From the NCBI RefSeq assembly GCF_040938485.1, contig NW_027271391.1:248001-312000 (forward strand): a stretch of DNA of 64,000 bases, in the 5' to 3' direction. Both the position numbers and the translations under genes were made by a program. Origin of the DNA: Diadema antillarum. Its lineage: Eukaryota. The notes under the pieces are model-generated. The model searched no databases, was not told where the DNA came from, and saw only the letters and a program-made list of their open reading frames with translations. This document shows positions 47,201-60,628 of the stretch, piece after piece; position 1 is the stretch's first letter; the number at the start of each line of letters is the position of its first letter.

Positions 47201-49793
47201 AGGAAAAGATGGCTGTACATTGAAGTAATACATATTTATTACCTCACTTGACAAAACTTTTCATGTTAGGCCTATGCATAAAAAACAAAGTTATGTCCAG
47301 AATTGATTTGAGAGTAAGTACTGCTATCTTTTTTATAACATGTAGGCAAATTATATATTAACTGGCAACATGGAGATGTTTGTATTCAAAATAGAGTGAA
47401 GTCATTAAATGTGCTTATCTTCCATATATACAAAGCATTTACGTGCAGTTTTCATTGCCACTTGCTTAGAACTTTATGATTGTAACACCTACATGTAGTC
47501 CTCTGCTTTACAAAAAGTATGCCACAAATCATCAAAGATCAAGTATGGTGAATTAACAAGGTTGATCCTTTGAATTATATCTCACTTAGTAGGGGTGAAG
47601 TCCAATATTTGCTGAAATCATCGTACCATAGACTTCTCCCTCTGGCACTGCACACAGTAGCTCTTAATGGATCATTCAACATTGATATGGAATATTAATC
47701 ACACCCACTATAACATATGTACAGAGCTGCCATTGGTATTCACACAAATGAAGTGCTATGGCAAGTCTTGGATATACATGTAGTGTTTGTGCATGTTCTA
47801 TGGGATATTTGATATGCCTGTTATGATGTATTCCCAGTAACCATGTATACAGTATCCATCATAAAAATGGCATTATGATTGTGACTGTATAACATAAAAT
47901 GTAACATATAATCAATATGCAACTGTAACATATAAAAAATGGTTATTTAAATTTTCTGTTTCCTACATGTATGTTTGTTCTGGTGCAAAGGCCTATTGTG
48001 TAGCATACAAGCTTTGTATTGATCACTCGATGATGTTTCATTCTAAGATAAAAGCAACAATCTTATTTTGCATTACTGGGTACTCGCTGGTCCTGAAGGA
48101 TACTGGCTGCAGTGCATTAAAATGAAAAAACAAAAACAAAAAACTGGGCTATACATTTGTTCTTGTTTTGTTTTGTCTGTTTCAGGTTTCTTACGTGTAT
48201 GTTTTTGTTTTTCTTGAAATGACATGACAGGTAAAATAAACGAAGGTATCTATTATTTTTTGCTTGTTTTGTAAAATGTTTCTGTAAAGTAATATTCCTG
48301 AAGCTGGTATAGTATGCAAGAAAAATATATCTATACATTTGACTTCTGCAAATACAACTGCTCAATTGATTTTGAAGAATTACAGTACATGGTATGTTGT
48401 AAACCTTGATAATATGCATTGTGATACAATAATAGCTTTCTATTACCCTTCATTTTCCCTTTCAATCACCTGTAGACATGTGATTTCTTTATTCAGGGCT
48501 CAATATTAGCGGCAGTCCAGTTCGCCAATCAGGCAACTAAGATTCAAAGTTGATTATTATGCTTTCTCCTCCAAACTTTCAGATTAAAAGTTAGTGTCAA
48601 GCCCTGCTTTACCGTTTTGATCTCTTCAAGTTCTTTTTCTGACTTGAAATTGCTGCAGACACTTTGTTAGAAATGTATTTAGTTACCATCAAAGATTAAT
48701 TTGCATTTATTTGCAAACATCTCATTGCATTCACTTTTGCACCTCTTTCCTTTTGGTCTCTTCTCAGGTATCTTCCTCCTTCTTGGAATCCTAATCTACC
48801 CAAGCGGCTGGGATAAGCATTCTGCATACCGGGCCCTGTGTGGGGAAGATATCTCGTACACTAACACCGCAGGCTGTGAGCTGCGATGGGTGTTCTACCT
48901 CGCCATCATCGCCGTCTTCGATGCCTTCATCCTGGCCGTCCTTGCCTACATCCTGGCCAGCAAGCAGGGGAAGCTCTACATGGACATGCACTTTTCTGAT
49001 TACTACAAGAACAGTAAGAGATCTTTTTTCTTGTCCATCCCATTTCACATTCAGCTCGATGCATTGAACAAGCGATGTGTGTATGTTGACTTTAACATTT
49101 CTTGATTGGAAAGGTGAACAGAGTCCCCAATTTTGATACATATCTACATTTCAGACATTTATATGTTTATATTCTCATGTTCTACATGTGTATGTGAAAC
49201 GATATTGATGTACTGGTGTGCTTATTGCATCAGAGCACCTTCATTTTCACATCTTGAATCAGCCAAGTTCTTTCTATTTTGCCAATCTGATATCTTCTAC
49301 CTCTTAACTATCTCGTCAAGTGCACATCTGTATGAGGCTGTAGGAACACTAAGGGGGCTACTCTCACTGAAGATAATCAGGTGTGTTATGTACCAATCTT
49401 TATTTATACCTAATATCTTTATCATGTGCGACATAAAATGAGAGTTGAAACTAATAGTTCATCTTTTGGTATTTTGCTGTTCTTATAGGCAACGGTGTTC
49501 ATGCTAAGCCCAAGAAACATGGCACTGTTAACTCTACGATCTTCAACACTTACCCCGCTGTCCGCGAGAGCAACCGGCCCCGCATCAATGGATCTCTCGG
49601 CAAAGATGAAGCCGATGTTGGCGGCATACCCATGGTAGAGGATGGAACATACGCCAAGGTAAGGCCGCGCTCCCTGCGTGACGGGAACAGCGCCGGTGCC
49701 GCGGACGATGAGATGTCGAGCACGACACGTAGTTCGAAAAGCGGAGGAAAGTCGACGAAGAAGTCCAACAGGGAACACGACCTCACAATTTAG
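41235..49793 (+). CDS. LHFPL3: LHFPL tetraspan subfamily member 3/4/5-like protein (TMHS family), 3 coding exons, ~331 aa
   Basis: Exons 41235-41679, 48768-49013 and 49489-49793, GT-AG and phase-consistent. Motifs YHTNYIRNARAIAIAWAIFTLCF, QPYWLGDG, GYFGLYQYC, YPSGWD, GCELRWVFYLAII and DAFILAVLAYIL match the LHFPL3/4/5 pattern. It is probably the single invertebrate co-ortholog of LHFPL3/4/5, so the symbol is approximate. Confidence 0.93.
41884..42038. mobile_element. Short hAT-like MITE with a 5-bp TAATG target-site duplication
   Basis: CAGGGGCATATCCAG at the left and CTGGATCCGCCAGTG at the right. TAATG at 41879-41883 and 42039-42043. Confidence 0.65.
42658..43042. mobile_element. hAT-like MITE with a 6-bp CTTTGG target-site duplication
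   Basis: TIRs CAGAGCTACCAAGT / ACTTGGCATCCCTG (11 of 14 match) with subterminal CTCACGC-like repeats. CTTTGG at 42652-42657 and 43043-43048. A solo left end (CAGAGCTGCCAAGTCTC) occurs at 54475. Confidence 0.75.
43479..43855. mobile_element. Kolobok-like MITE flanked by TTAA
   Basis: TTAA|AGGGATGGTATAATAATGGTGGAGAC ... GTCTCAACCAAAACTATACGATCCCT|TTAA. Confidence 0.75.
45280..45441 (-). mobile_element. Inverted copy of the repeat family at 1270-1490
   Basis: The reverse complement aligns block by block with 1270-1490. Confidence 0.5.
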
Positions 49794-52700
49794 ATTCTGA
49801 AGGGAGTGCTGCTTGTAGGAGGCACCATGGATATATTTGTGTCTCTACAGACTCTTGTTGGCTTGAATACTTCTATTTAATAGTTTCAAGTTTATATGCA
49901 GCCTACACTTCTGTAGGAGATGCCAATTATTCTTCCAAAGTGAACGACATATCTGTATTTTTAGGAGGAAGACAAAAGTTTATGTAAAATTATGTAACTT
50001 TGCACTTCATACACCTATATTGTCAGATAAAGTGTCATGGTCTTCTTCCAGAAAGCTTTTGAAGTGAGGAGCAGTGTTGTTGGTTGTGTATTTTACTCAT
50101 GTCTCAACCTTGTTTCAGATATCCATATCAAAAATTTGATCAGCGGCCTTCTACAAGATAATTTGATTGACCAGAACTATACTGTAGTCAGAAAATGATG
50201 CTGAATCTACTGTACCTGTATATAAGTTGGAGGAGTTTTGACAGCGGTATACTTGGCAAGTATTAGTCTGTATTGAATTTAAACAACAATCATATTTGCA
50301 AACTGCGCTGTATGGCTGACAAGAATTGGTGGTTCTTGTAGGAACTCAGTATGATTGAACATTATGACATTGATCATAGCTAACCAAAAAACTGCTAGGG
50401 ATTTCTTCAGTGACCATTTCAAAGAAATTGTGTGTCACTGCTCCTTGAATTTCATAGTGAAAAGTGAAATATGAAATTGATTATGCCTTGTACACAATAT
50501 TTCACATAGCCAGTGCATGACTTAACAACTCATGTGTGAATGCATCTAGGGACTCCAAGTACTGGTTTACTTTCCTTGACAGATTGACATCTGCATATCT
50601 TTGTTGTATAAATAGTAACTGACTCCACTTTATTTCTCTTATTTTCTGTGTACCGGTAACTACAGAACAAATTGAGATATGGCTGTAGGAGAAGGGATAA
50701 GTGTGTTTTCACAGATAAAGCATACTTCAACCTTTACAAGTACAAATAAACCTTGCGATACAGATTTTGTTCAGGCAGTACACACCCATTAACTACGAAC
50801 ATTTCTTCATTAGTTTGAAGCATGCAAATTGACACTTGTTGCAAATCATGAACTGTATAATGCACATCTACAAATACATCAAATCACACCCAAACATGTT
50901 TTCTTTGTCTTTATGAATAATGCCGTAGTGTTTATTTTTTTTGCAATGTTCTTAAGAGTTACAGTAAGATCAGCGCCTTGATTCTGAAAAGTGATTGATT
51001 GTTTAAGAATGTGTTTATAGCACTTTAGTTCCCCAAAGCAGTGGGTAAACCTGATACATTGTGTAGGAATTTAAAAATATATATATTTTACAAGAGATGT
51101 GTGTGAGGCAGGAACACATTTATTTGTAATTGACATTGATATATTCTGACGAAAGGAGCTGACTTTATTCATACATCAAAATTGAGTACACTGCATGCCT
51201 GACTCTTACTGTAGAGTGAGTTGAATAAAAGATTGAAATTAGAATTGACATGAAATGTGACTATAGGCAAATATGAATAATTTATAAATCTTGAGTGTTA
51301 CGATAATGTACAGTACTTCTTCCACAAAAATGTACAATTTGTACGTGTATTCTTATAGAAATAATGTGTCACACACAGACAACGAACGTTACTAGGTACA
51401 TGACTTACAGAGGTACATGTATACAGTAAGAGATGATGTTACTGCTGATTGTACAGTTTATTTAAAGAGCAGAGGTAGTGATGGCCAAGCTAATTCTTGA
51501 ATATTCATTTTCTTATTCTACATGTAGATAGAAGAAAATAATCTGTACCAAAGAAGGCATTTTCTTTCATTCATGTCAATTGTACTTGGGATACACTATG
51601 GTTATTTCATGTCATATGTACTACATACATTGTACCGTGTATGCTGTTACTCTCACAAAGACACACAATCACACCTGAGTAATTGATATATTTTGGGAAC
51701 TACATGTACAAATTGTATCAACTTTAGACATATTGACATATAATGTCACAGATAAGATTTCTTTCAATATTTTAATGTTATAATGGTCTATGAATAGTTT
51801 GAATACTGTTTTTTTCTGCAGTGCTTACTCAAACGCTTTAATAAAGTGGGTATTTGCATTGTTACATGACATAGATCATAATGCCTACATTAACTGTTTT
51901 GTGGAGTGCCATGATTGGGCGGGGGAAAAAACTATAATAACCCACAATAACCAAATATGCATGGACTCCAAATGAGGATAGGGACAATGCTTCAAGCCTT
52001 CTAAAAGTGTAGCCTGCATGATTATATGCATATGCTGATCTGTCTCTCCAGATGTTTGTGAGATGTACAGTACATTGTACATTGTAAATCTGTGCCTTGA
52101 AATTATGTGTATGTGCCAGAAAAGAAAAAGAAATGTCGAGAAGAGATTGTAATCTGCCGAAGAAAATTTGTAGAACATTGCCTATTTTTGTACACAAGTG
52201 ACTGTACATGTATTTTCGTACTGTAAATGTCAAGTTATTGTTCTGAATTTGAACATTTTGAATTTGATGCCTGTAGATGAGCAGTATGTATGTACTGTAA
52301 AATGTCCATAATTTGCCAACAATGAATGAAATGTACAATTGTATACATGGAATAGTTTCAAGTATAGATATTTTGTTTTTTGGCAAAGTTAAGATTGGCA
52401 AGCTTACAGGTACAATTTTGTATGTGCACATAAACAAAATGGCCAACGACAAAAATGTACCAGTGCATGTAAAACTCATACGTATATTGGCAAAAATGAA
52501 TTGCAACCATAGATTTTGGTCATATTACTTTTTGTTATGTTTTGGTTCTAACGGTAATTCAATTACAGCTTATCACATTAAGTGAGCGCACCAAATTTGA
52601 TTGTAGAATCTCCTGTCTGCTCAAGTGTTAGAAGTAGCTTTCTCACCATCAATAATGCTTGCATCTGTGCATGTCCACTGAAGACATGACCTCTGCTGAA

Positions 52701-55700
52701 TTATAAAGGTGTTACTGTACATGTGCCACAGTGTTGTTGACCAATACAAATTGGACATGCATTAGTCATGCATTCAGTGCAGTATAACCACTGGAAGTGG
52801 AAACTTGGAAAGGTGTTAACATGGGCATGTGGGTACAGCTTACTGTTACACAATAGGAGTGTGTATCCCTTATTTGTTTGTGAAACCTACATGTATTTAC
52901 GTGAAGCAGGTAGTTTTGTTTATACTATGATGAAAACGTACAGTATATACCAGATAACATCTCATGTGTTGTGATGGTAATGGTGATTCAATTCTTCGAG
53001 GAGTTTATGTAGCAGTAATTCAGGAAGACATGCTAAGCAAACACCCAGAAGGTGTTTTATTGTTAACATCATATACCTTTTCCTAGATGAATTGTGTGTG
53101 TGCATGTGTGTGTGTGTGTGTGTCTGTTTGTGTGTGTGAATTAACTTAACAAAATAAATATCGATATTGTACATATACATTGTATCTTAATATTACACAA
53201 ATACTAAAATGGAAGTCAATTACAACCCCCCCCCCAAAAAAAAAAAAAAAAATCTTAAAATTGAAATATGGTCATTAAAGCAAACAGGACTATGATCACA
53301 TGAATCATGTAACTGACAGTTATAATGATATGACAGAAATAAAATATTTAAATGTGCAGTTTTATCTATAAGTTGTCCAAAATCTACCAACTTTCATTGC
53401 ACCCTGTATAATAGATGCTTGCCATATAATATGTTAGATGCACTTGCTCTGACATTTACAAATTCATGTACATATCTCACTCAAACATTATAATGTATAT
53501 AGGCTACTGATCGAGTTACTGGCTACTCAGAGGTCAGTTTCAGGCTACTGTCAGATATACGCAGGGGTCATTTTAGTAAGCCTGAATTCAATGCAAACTC
53601 AACTGCATGCAGTCTGTGAGCAAACATGTCTTTATTAGTTGTGATTGCACCTGATCATTGCTCCATCATTGAGGTCTGTTTTACAGAAAACAATTCCTGC
53701 ATCGGGTCCCTATAGTACAGTGATCGAAGTGACTTCGTTGAGTGTATTCTTAACACAGCAGAACAAAGGTTAGACTTCAACAAGGAACCACCTATTAGTG
53801 CAAATAGCAAAGAGGTGATAAAAGCCAGAAGATATTTGACTGCAAACATTGTGCATTTGCCAATTCAGTTATGGATGGAGCGTAGATCATGTGGATTGGC
53901 AACCAAAAAGTCAGTGAGGGGGGAATCCCATTATAATGTATATATGGGAATTGAAATGGATAGAAAAGTCATTATGCTATAATGGTATTGTTAATGACCT
54001 GACATCCCTGCATTATTGAAGGCATTCCATTCGCAGATGAGACAAAAACCCAGCTTTAGTGCTTCAAAATAATTCTAAAATGTGAGTTTATAATAGGAAT
54101 AGAAACAACCAATGTAAAATGTTAATCAGTAGGGCCTACAGTATAAGCAATGTTAAGTATTGTTTCGATACAATATGTGAATGATTGTTAAAATAAAATT
54201 GTTTCAAGAATAAACTATCTGCAGTTGTGGTTTATTGAGAAAAATAGTGATTTCTCCTTATAAATCAGGCGTTATTGCAAAATTTGTATACGGTGGGAAG
54301 TTTTGTGATAGAACTGGCTTACAATGCATCCAATGGATTCATCCAATGTGATAACTCAGAACATTTTTTTAAATCACTGCTCCCAATGGTAAACAATATC
54401 TATTAAAAAAAAGAAAAAAAAACATATTTAAAGAACATGACATCCACACAATTTGATTGATTAAACATCAATACCAGAGCTGCCAAGTCTCCTCTATTTT
54501 GCAGGAAGCTTTCTGAAAATCTATACCGGTATCTTCGCATCCTGACCCAAAAGAAGTAAACCAAACAAGCAAACAAACAAACAAAACAAACAATAACATA
54601 ATGACTTCCCTGAATTGGGGATCCTTTTACACTCTTTGAGATGCGTGCAAACTCACAAATACTTTCCTGAGTGCTTTTTGGAACCAGCCACCTTTTGCTG
54701 CTTGAATTCTAGAAATCCTGGAATACATTTCATTCATTTTATGTTTGTGTATTCTATATACTGAATAGAATAGAATAGGACATTGTTCAACAGTTTGTAC
54801 ATTTGGATCAGTATTGGAAGTAAAAACTTGCATACACACAGCGTCACTAAGTTTACATATACATTTTGTATTCATGTCTTCGGGTGAGAAATGTAATCTA
54901 TATTTTTAAATGGTAAAATATAGCTATTGATGATAAGCACATGGGTCCTTGAATGTATCATATCTATCCATGGGTTTTGTGTTTAATTTCTGTTGGGGCC
55001 TAATGGGGAGGACTTGGTATGGGTCTGCATGACATGATGACGCAGTGTGCTTGCTGATTGTTTCATATGTTTTAAGACTATCAGGTTATGTCTCACTGTA
55101 TACGCAAATCTTGTGTGTATATACATAGGCTGTTATGATGCCGATGGTGTATTCAACTTTTCGGGCGTTCTGTACAATGTAGATTGTTTTCATGTCTGCT
55201 TGATGGTAAGATAATGTTTAAAGTCTAACTATTACGAGAGTAATATTTTTCATTAAAGCTTTACTACATATATTTTAGAGAGAAAATAATTATATGTTAT
55301 ACACTGTACATAAAGCCCATTTATGTATGATTACTTAATAGGAATAAAATTCCAGTGCTTTATACACCTATTGGTTTCAGCAGCAGTATGTATTTTCTCC
55401 TTCTTTTTTGTCATGGCACATAATAATTATGCACCTACCTTCACTTGTAAAATATGACTGTTTGTGTGCCGAAGATGATTGCTATCGTGGTTACCATGGC
55501 GCCGTTTAATTTGGTCAATATATAGTGGAAGGAACCACTTAATGGTATCTTTCCAATCTTGTCGTTGCTATGAGAACAGATGATTTGCCCCTGAAGTGTG
55601 TGACCCGGGGACACTTCGAGACAGCATTATGATCCTACCAACAATGTGTACATGTTCTCAAACACATGTGTACATGGCGGTATGTCATGAGAGAGCGTGC

Positions 55701-56601
55701 ATAATACAGTACGAGTGGGAGGCGAATGGGGCGTATGGTATGACGTATACGGTTGTATGTGTGGTGTTAGTTGAAAGCTTATTTTATGGCGCCTACTATA
55801 TTATGTGCTCAGCTTTTCCTCACACGTTTTTGAGAACTGCTGATTTCAACACCGCTCTTCGTGAGCACTTTCAATTTGAAAGTGGAAACTTTAACAAGAC
55901 AAATATCAGCAGCCGAGAGATATTTTTCTCTTACTCTGTCTTCGCCCTTGGAGTGTCTCAATATTTCTTTCCATTATGTAATAATGTAACATTTTGTTTA
56001 GCTCAATATTATTATGATACTGCATAATGAAAACGTGTGCTTTGTCTAACGACACTATGAGAAGAAGAAGAAAAAAAAACCCACACAATTTGTGTTATGT
56101 GACAAAGATATTTGACAGAATGGGCAGTTGTTTCACGATTTTCATAGAAGAATGAGTTGGTTAAAACTGCGTCACGTTTTGGAAATGCCACTAGTAAGCC
56201 TTAGCACAATTCCGTCTTGCATTAACTGTCAAGTCGGTAGATTTATCAGAGTGTGAACATTATTTCAAGCATTGTGTTTTGTGAATAGTGTGCTTATAGT
56301 GACGTGACGTGTGTAGTTGTTTTCTTCCAACGCTAACACCACTGAACACCTGTTTATATGGATTGATAAAATGATATCTACACGCACCAAAGAGGTAACC
56401 TCTTCTACACGCTCTCATCATGCACGCCTACACTATAGATTTCATAGACGAACTCGCAATGTTTTGCTTTAGGCGCCGACAAGTTACTGATGAACTCAGT
56501 TTTTTCGGTTTGGTAATTGACTCGAGCGCCATTCTATTCTTAACCTGTTATTGTACCCTTGCTTCGTCGTTCTTCTGTTTCTCAGTCGTGGTTCAGTTAA
56601 T

Positions 56602-56604
<3 letters not shown>

Positions 56605-56647
<43 letters not shown>
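56605..56647. repeat. (GT)n microsatellite
   Basis: Uninterrupted GT run of about 21 units. Confidence 0.95.
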
Positions 56648-56649
<2 letters not shown>

Positions 56650-56986
56650 CGATATTTTTACACAATTGAAGGTTCGAGGTTTCCGACAAAGACGTTTTCC
56701 AAAAGCGCGTACACATGCGGGGGCTATATGAATTTTTTTTTGTCGATTTTCTCTGCAGCGGACATTTCCCATGACAACAAAAACATGTATTGCCCAAATA
56801 ACAGAACTAAAAACAAGAACAGACCAGATGAATACTTGGAAGGTGTTTGCAAAACTTTGTTTGAATTGATAATGAAACTGGTCCAGAGTATAAGGCTGTG
56901 TGTATGCAATAGGTTGGAATTTGAAATGTGTGGGACAAAATGCTCTTTCAAAACTGAATGTCACAAGAGATACTGCAGCAGTGCTC

Positions 56987-57198
56987 NNNNNNNNNNNNNN
57001 NNNNNNNNNNNNNNNNNNNNNNNNNNNNNNNNNNNNNNNNNNNNNNNNNNNNNNNNNNNNNNNNNNNNNNNNNNNNNNNNNNNNNNNNNNNNNNNNNNNN
57101 NNNNNNNNNNNNNNNNNNNNNNNNNNNNNNNNNNNNNNNNNNNNNNNNNNNNNNNNNNNNNNNNNNNNNNNNNNNNNNNNNNNNNNNNNNNNNNNNNN
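56987..57198. other. Assembly gap (212 N)
   Basis: Run of N. Confidence 1.
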
Positions 57199-60100
57199 CC
57201 CTGTTCGAAATGAAATATAGAAGTAAGATGTTATTGAGATTCAAAAACCCATTATAACATAGCGCGCTCATGTATGCAAATTAAATAAGATGATGAATAA
57301 TAAAAATCATGTTTTTAAAGATTAATTGAAGCCTTGTGAGGCGATGACAGTATATCGCTTATCTCATTCATACGACTGCGACCAATGTCGCTGGCTCATA
57401 CACCTCATGTGCAGAAGTTTTTCCCTGTTTGATTTCAATGAAACTTCTCCCTTCACTTGTTTTAATAAATCTAGTCTTTACCCCATTTAAAGCCACAGTT
57501 ATACATGCATGGTTACACTGCATGGTAACCATGCACTGGCTATGGTACTTTACCATAATGATTATTCAGGGGATAAACCAAGCAAAATCATTCATTTACA
57601 AACTTCGTATGAGAGCAAAATCGAATTCAACAAGCTGGGGGAAAGAGTCATTTTGGTTTATTGCCTTCGGTATCAATATTCTTTATCACGCTGGATGCGG
57701 AAGTATGCAATATACTAGCTGGTTTAGATGCACACTTTGTGATTTGAAGGCGGAAGAGATGGAGAAAAATCACTACCTGGCTGTGATTTTTAATAGATTA
57801 GGCGAGAGCATTACTCGCTCCAGCAGCATAGCATCTTGAATATGCAATTCAGAAATTGTTCTATATTCGGCCATATAGAACGAAGTCTTTGAGCAAGATT
57901 TTCATGTTTTATGCACTCCCGCCTGGGACATTTTTATTCTCATGACATGGCAGTTCATACAGGCGCTTCCGTTTCATGTTTTTTGACCAGTGGTTGATAA
58001 TGGCTTTGAATATGTGGTGTTAATCGTGATTTTTTTAATGCGTTTGTTTATTTGTGAGAGTTTTTTTTTTTTTGAGGGGGGGGGGGTGGTTGAAGTTTAT
58101 TGTATTCTTCGAATTCAAAAGGAAACGTAGCAAAATGACTCACACGAGAAAATGTTGATGTGAGGTTGAATCGTGACGGAGTATAATGAATTGATATGTG
58201 CTCCTTTGCATAAAGTAGTCTTGCCAAGTTGACATTTTCAGGTAAAATGGATGGAATATTATCTTGTCCTAGCGGTCACAACAGCAATTTTCACTAAACG
58301 TCTTTAATGCCCTATTCTGCCAATATCATGCAGGGTATTGATAAAGAGCAAAACTACAGTATATATTTTTGGGGCCACAGAGTTCCATCTGGCCGCAGGT
58401 GGTGATGCCAGCCGCATCGTACTGATGGAAGACCTTTAGCACAAAATATTAACCCAAAAGGTTCGTTAAGCCCATTAACTAATTGGAATAAAATTTGTAT
58501 GATTATTGCCGGAGAGGACGGCTAGTCTCATCATACAATGTCATACATGCACTGTGGCGTATAAAATTCATGCCAATTAATATGTGCGCTGAACCAATGA
58601 AGATATACTATAAAATACACGTTTAGTAATTTGTCGTGGTGGATTCTCATAGCAGAAAAAGTATAACAATATACGTTTCTTCTTTCTTTTCTTTTTCTTT
58701 TTTTCTGGCTGTTCCGTTGAAGAGAAACTCATTCCACTGCTATGTACAGTGACAAAAAGCCTCCTAAACGTACAAACGTTTCTGTGATGTTATCTGAAAA
58801 GGGAAACTTTATACAGTAGCATCAACATTTCACCATTTTGATACAGGAGCCTGAGTGTTTTGCATTCCCTTTGAAAGGCTTATTCAATAAAATCATACTT
58901 TCTGCAATGAAGACGCTCCGGCTGTATATAAGGCTGTGTATACACGACCTCCTTCCTTTTCCAAGAAAGAAATTGAATTCCTATCGATTAGCATAATAGG
59001 AACAATGGTATTTGTCAGGGAAAAGAAAAGAAAAGAAATATAGGGTGTATAATATTATCATATATTCCACATTCTGATAATGAGCAATGTGAGAAATTTC
59101 ACGCACTCTGGTACTATACAGGCAACCATGAACGTCCAAAAGGAGGATGGGTAGTCGATATACGCACACACACACACACAGGTGGAGTCCTACATTATGA
59201 GCTGGCGTGGCAGCCTGTCTGAAATCTATACCGTCTGAAATTCAACAATATGGAATCCAGTTATTATACAGCTTCATGGTTCGATGCGTGCGAAACTGGG
59301 TATCGCGGCTATGCTGAGTGCACATCATATCCAAGGATGATCGATTTCTTTTCTTTTTTTTTACCGTACTTCGACGTGACCCGAAGAGAACCAGAGAGCA
59401 GAAAATCACAGCTTGTGTGTGCTGTGTGTTTAATCAAAAGCGCAGATTTATTTCTTTCAGTTCCCTTGTTGTAGCTCTTTTCACTCAGGCATCGCAGATG
59501 CATGTTTTCATGATGTGCCATTTGGGAACGTGTATACCACGGTTATTTTGCGTTTCTTTCTCCTTTTTTTTTTTTTTTTTGTTTAATGGATGTAGGCGTT
59601 TATCATGTATGTGTTTGTGTGTATGTGCGTGTTTAAAGTTTCAATTTAATCCAGAAATGAAGGAGTAATGGAAATAAAAATTTCCAATTGTTTTTATGAA
59701 ATACTGATGTCAATCACAGTCAAATATTCAAATGAGATGTTGTACTAATGTCATGACGTTATTGGACTTCCATTCAATTAGCAAAGTTTCTTGTTTGATG
59801 TGATTCCAGGACGAAGAAATTGCATTCTCCGTCGGCTTAATCCTTCCTGTCACAGAAGCCAGCCTCGATTTAACTGTACGATGACCTATATAGTGAAATT
59901 ATAAAGGGTCATAATAGTTGCCGAATTATTGACCAAAGAGAATCATTATGATTGCTGAAGTACTGATACTAAAGTGAACAAACCAACGGGTGAGTTAATG
60001 GTGTTTAAATCACCGCGATCCTCCTAATGCATGATACACGTGATTGTTACCAAAATCCCTGCATGCTCGTAAACTAAACAGACTTCAACATTTCTATTTA

Positions 60101-60217
60101 AACTTTCATTTTGTTTGTCCGAGATAATGAACATTTTGTCATGACCTCTTCATGTCTCTCTGCCCATCTCACTAGAGTCATCCATAAAACCATAGAGTAG
60201 ACCTTATCTTCCGATGG

Positions 60218-60240
60218 TTAAAGAGATGATAATATATATT

Positions 60241-60280
<40 letters not shown>

Positions 60281-60628
60281 GGTTGAAATGGAGTTTTAGG
60301 TTCCAACCGTTTTAATGAGATAGTAAAAAACATCGTATAATATTTTATTATATATATATCATAACAGTTATGTCTATTACTTGGTGAAAAGTGGTTTTAG
60401 AATGGCTCAGATATCCAAAACATTCCTAATAAAGGATGGGAGCTACCTTTCACTATAGGATCGCTTTGTTTTCTCTTGATTTTGGATATAATCTCAGCCA
60501 ATTCAAAAGCGATTTTCATTAGAATAAACATTGTATGCTCTTTCATATTTTATAGGTGATTTTATGATTATCTCGCAAAAGTTAAAAGCTGAAAGCCCAT
60601 CTCAACAAAAACTATACTATCCCTTTAA
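60218..60628. mobile_element. Kolobok-like MITE flanked by TTAA, same family as 43479-43855, with an (AT)n expansion inside the left TIR
   Basis: TTAA|AGAGATGATA[(AT)n]TTTTTGGTTGAAATGG ... CCCATCTCAACAAAAACTATACTATCCCT|TTAA. Confidence 0.7.

Noticed and set aside
51862-52506. 214-aa minus-strand ORF
   Set aside because: AT-rich, biased to I/F/Y/L with no recognisable motif, in probable LHFPL 3' UTR or flank. Consistent with a chance ORF.
56551-57271. Long ORFs of 99-220 aa
   Set aside because: Length inflated by reading through the N gap.
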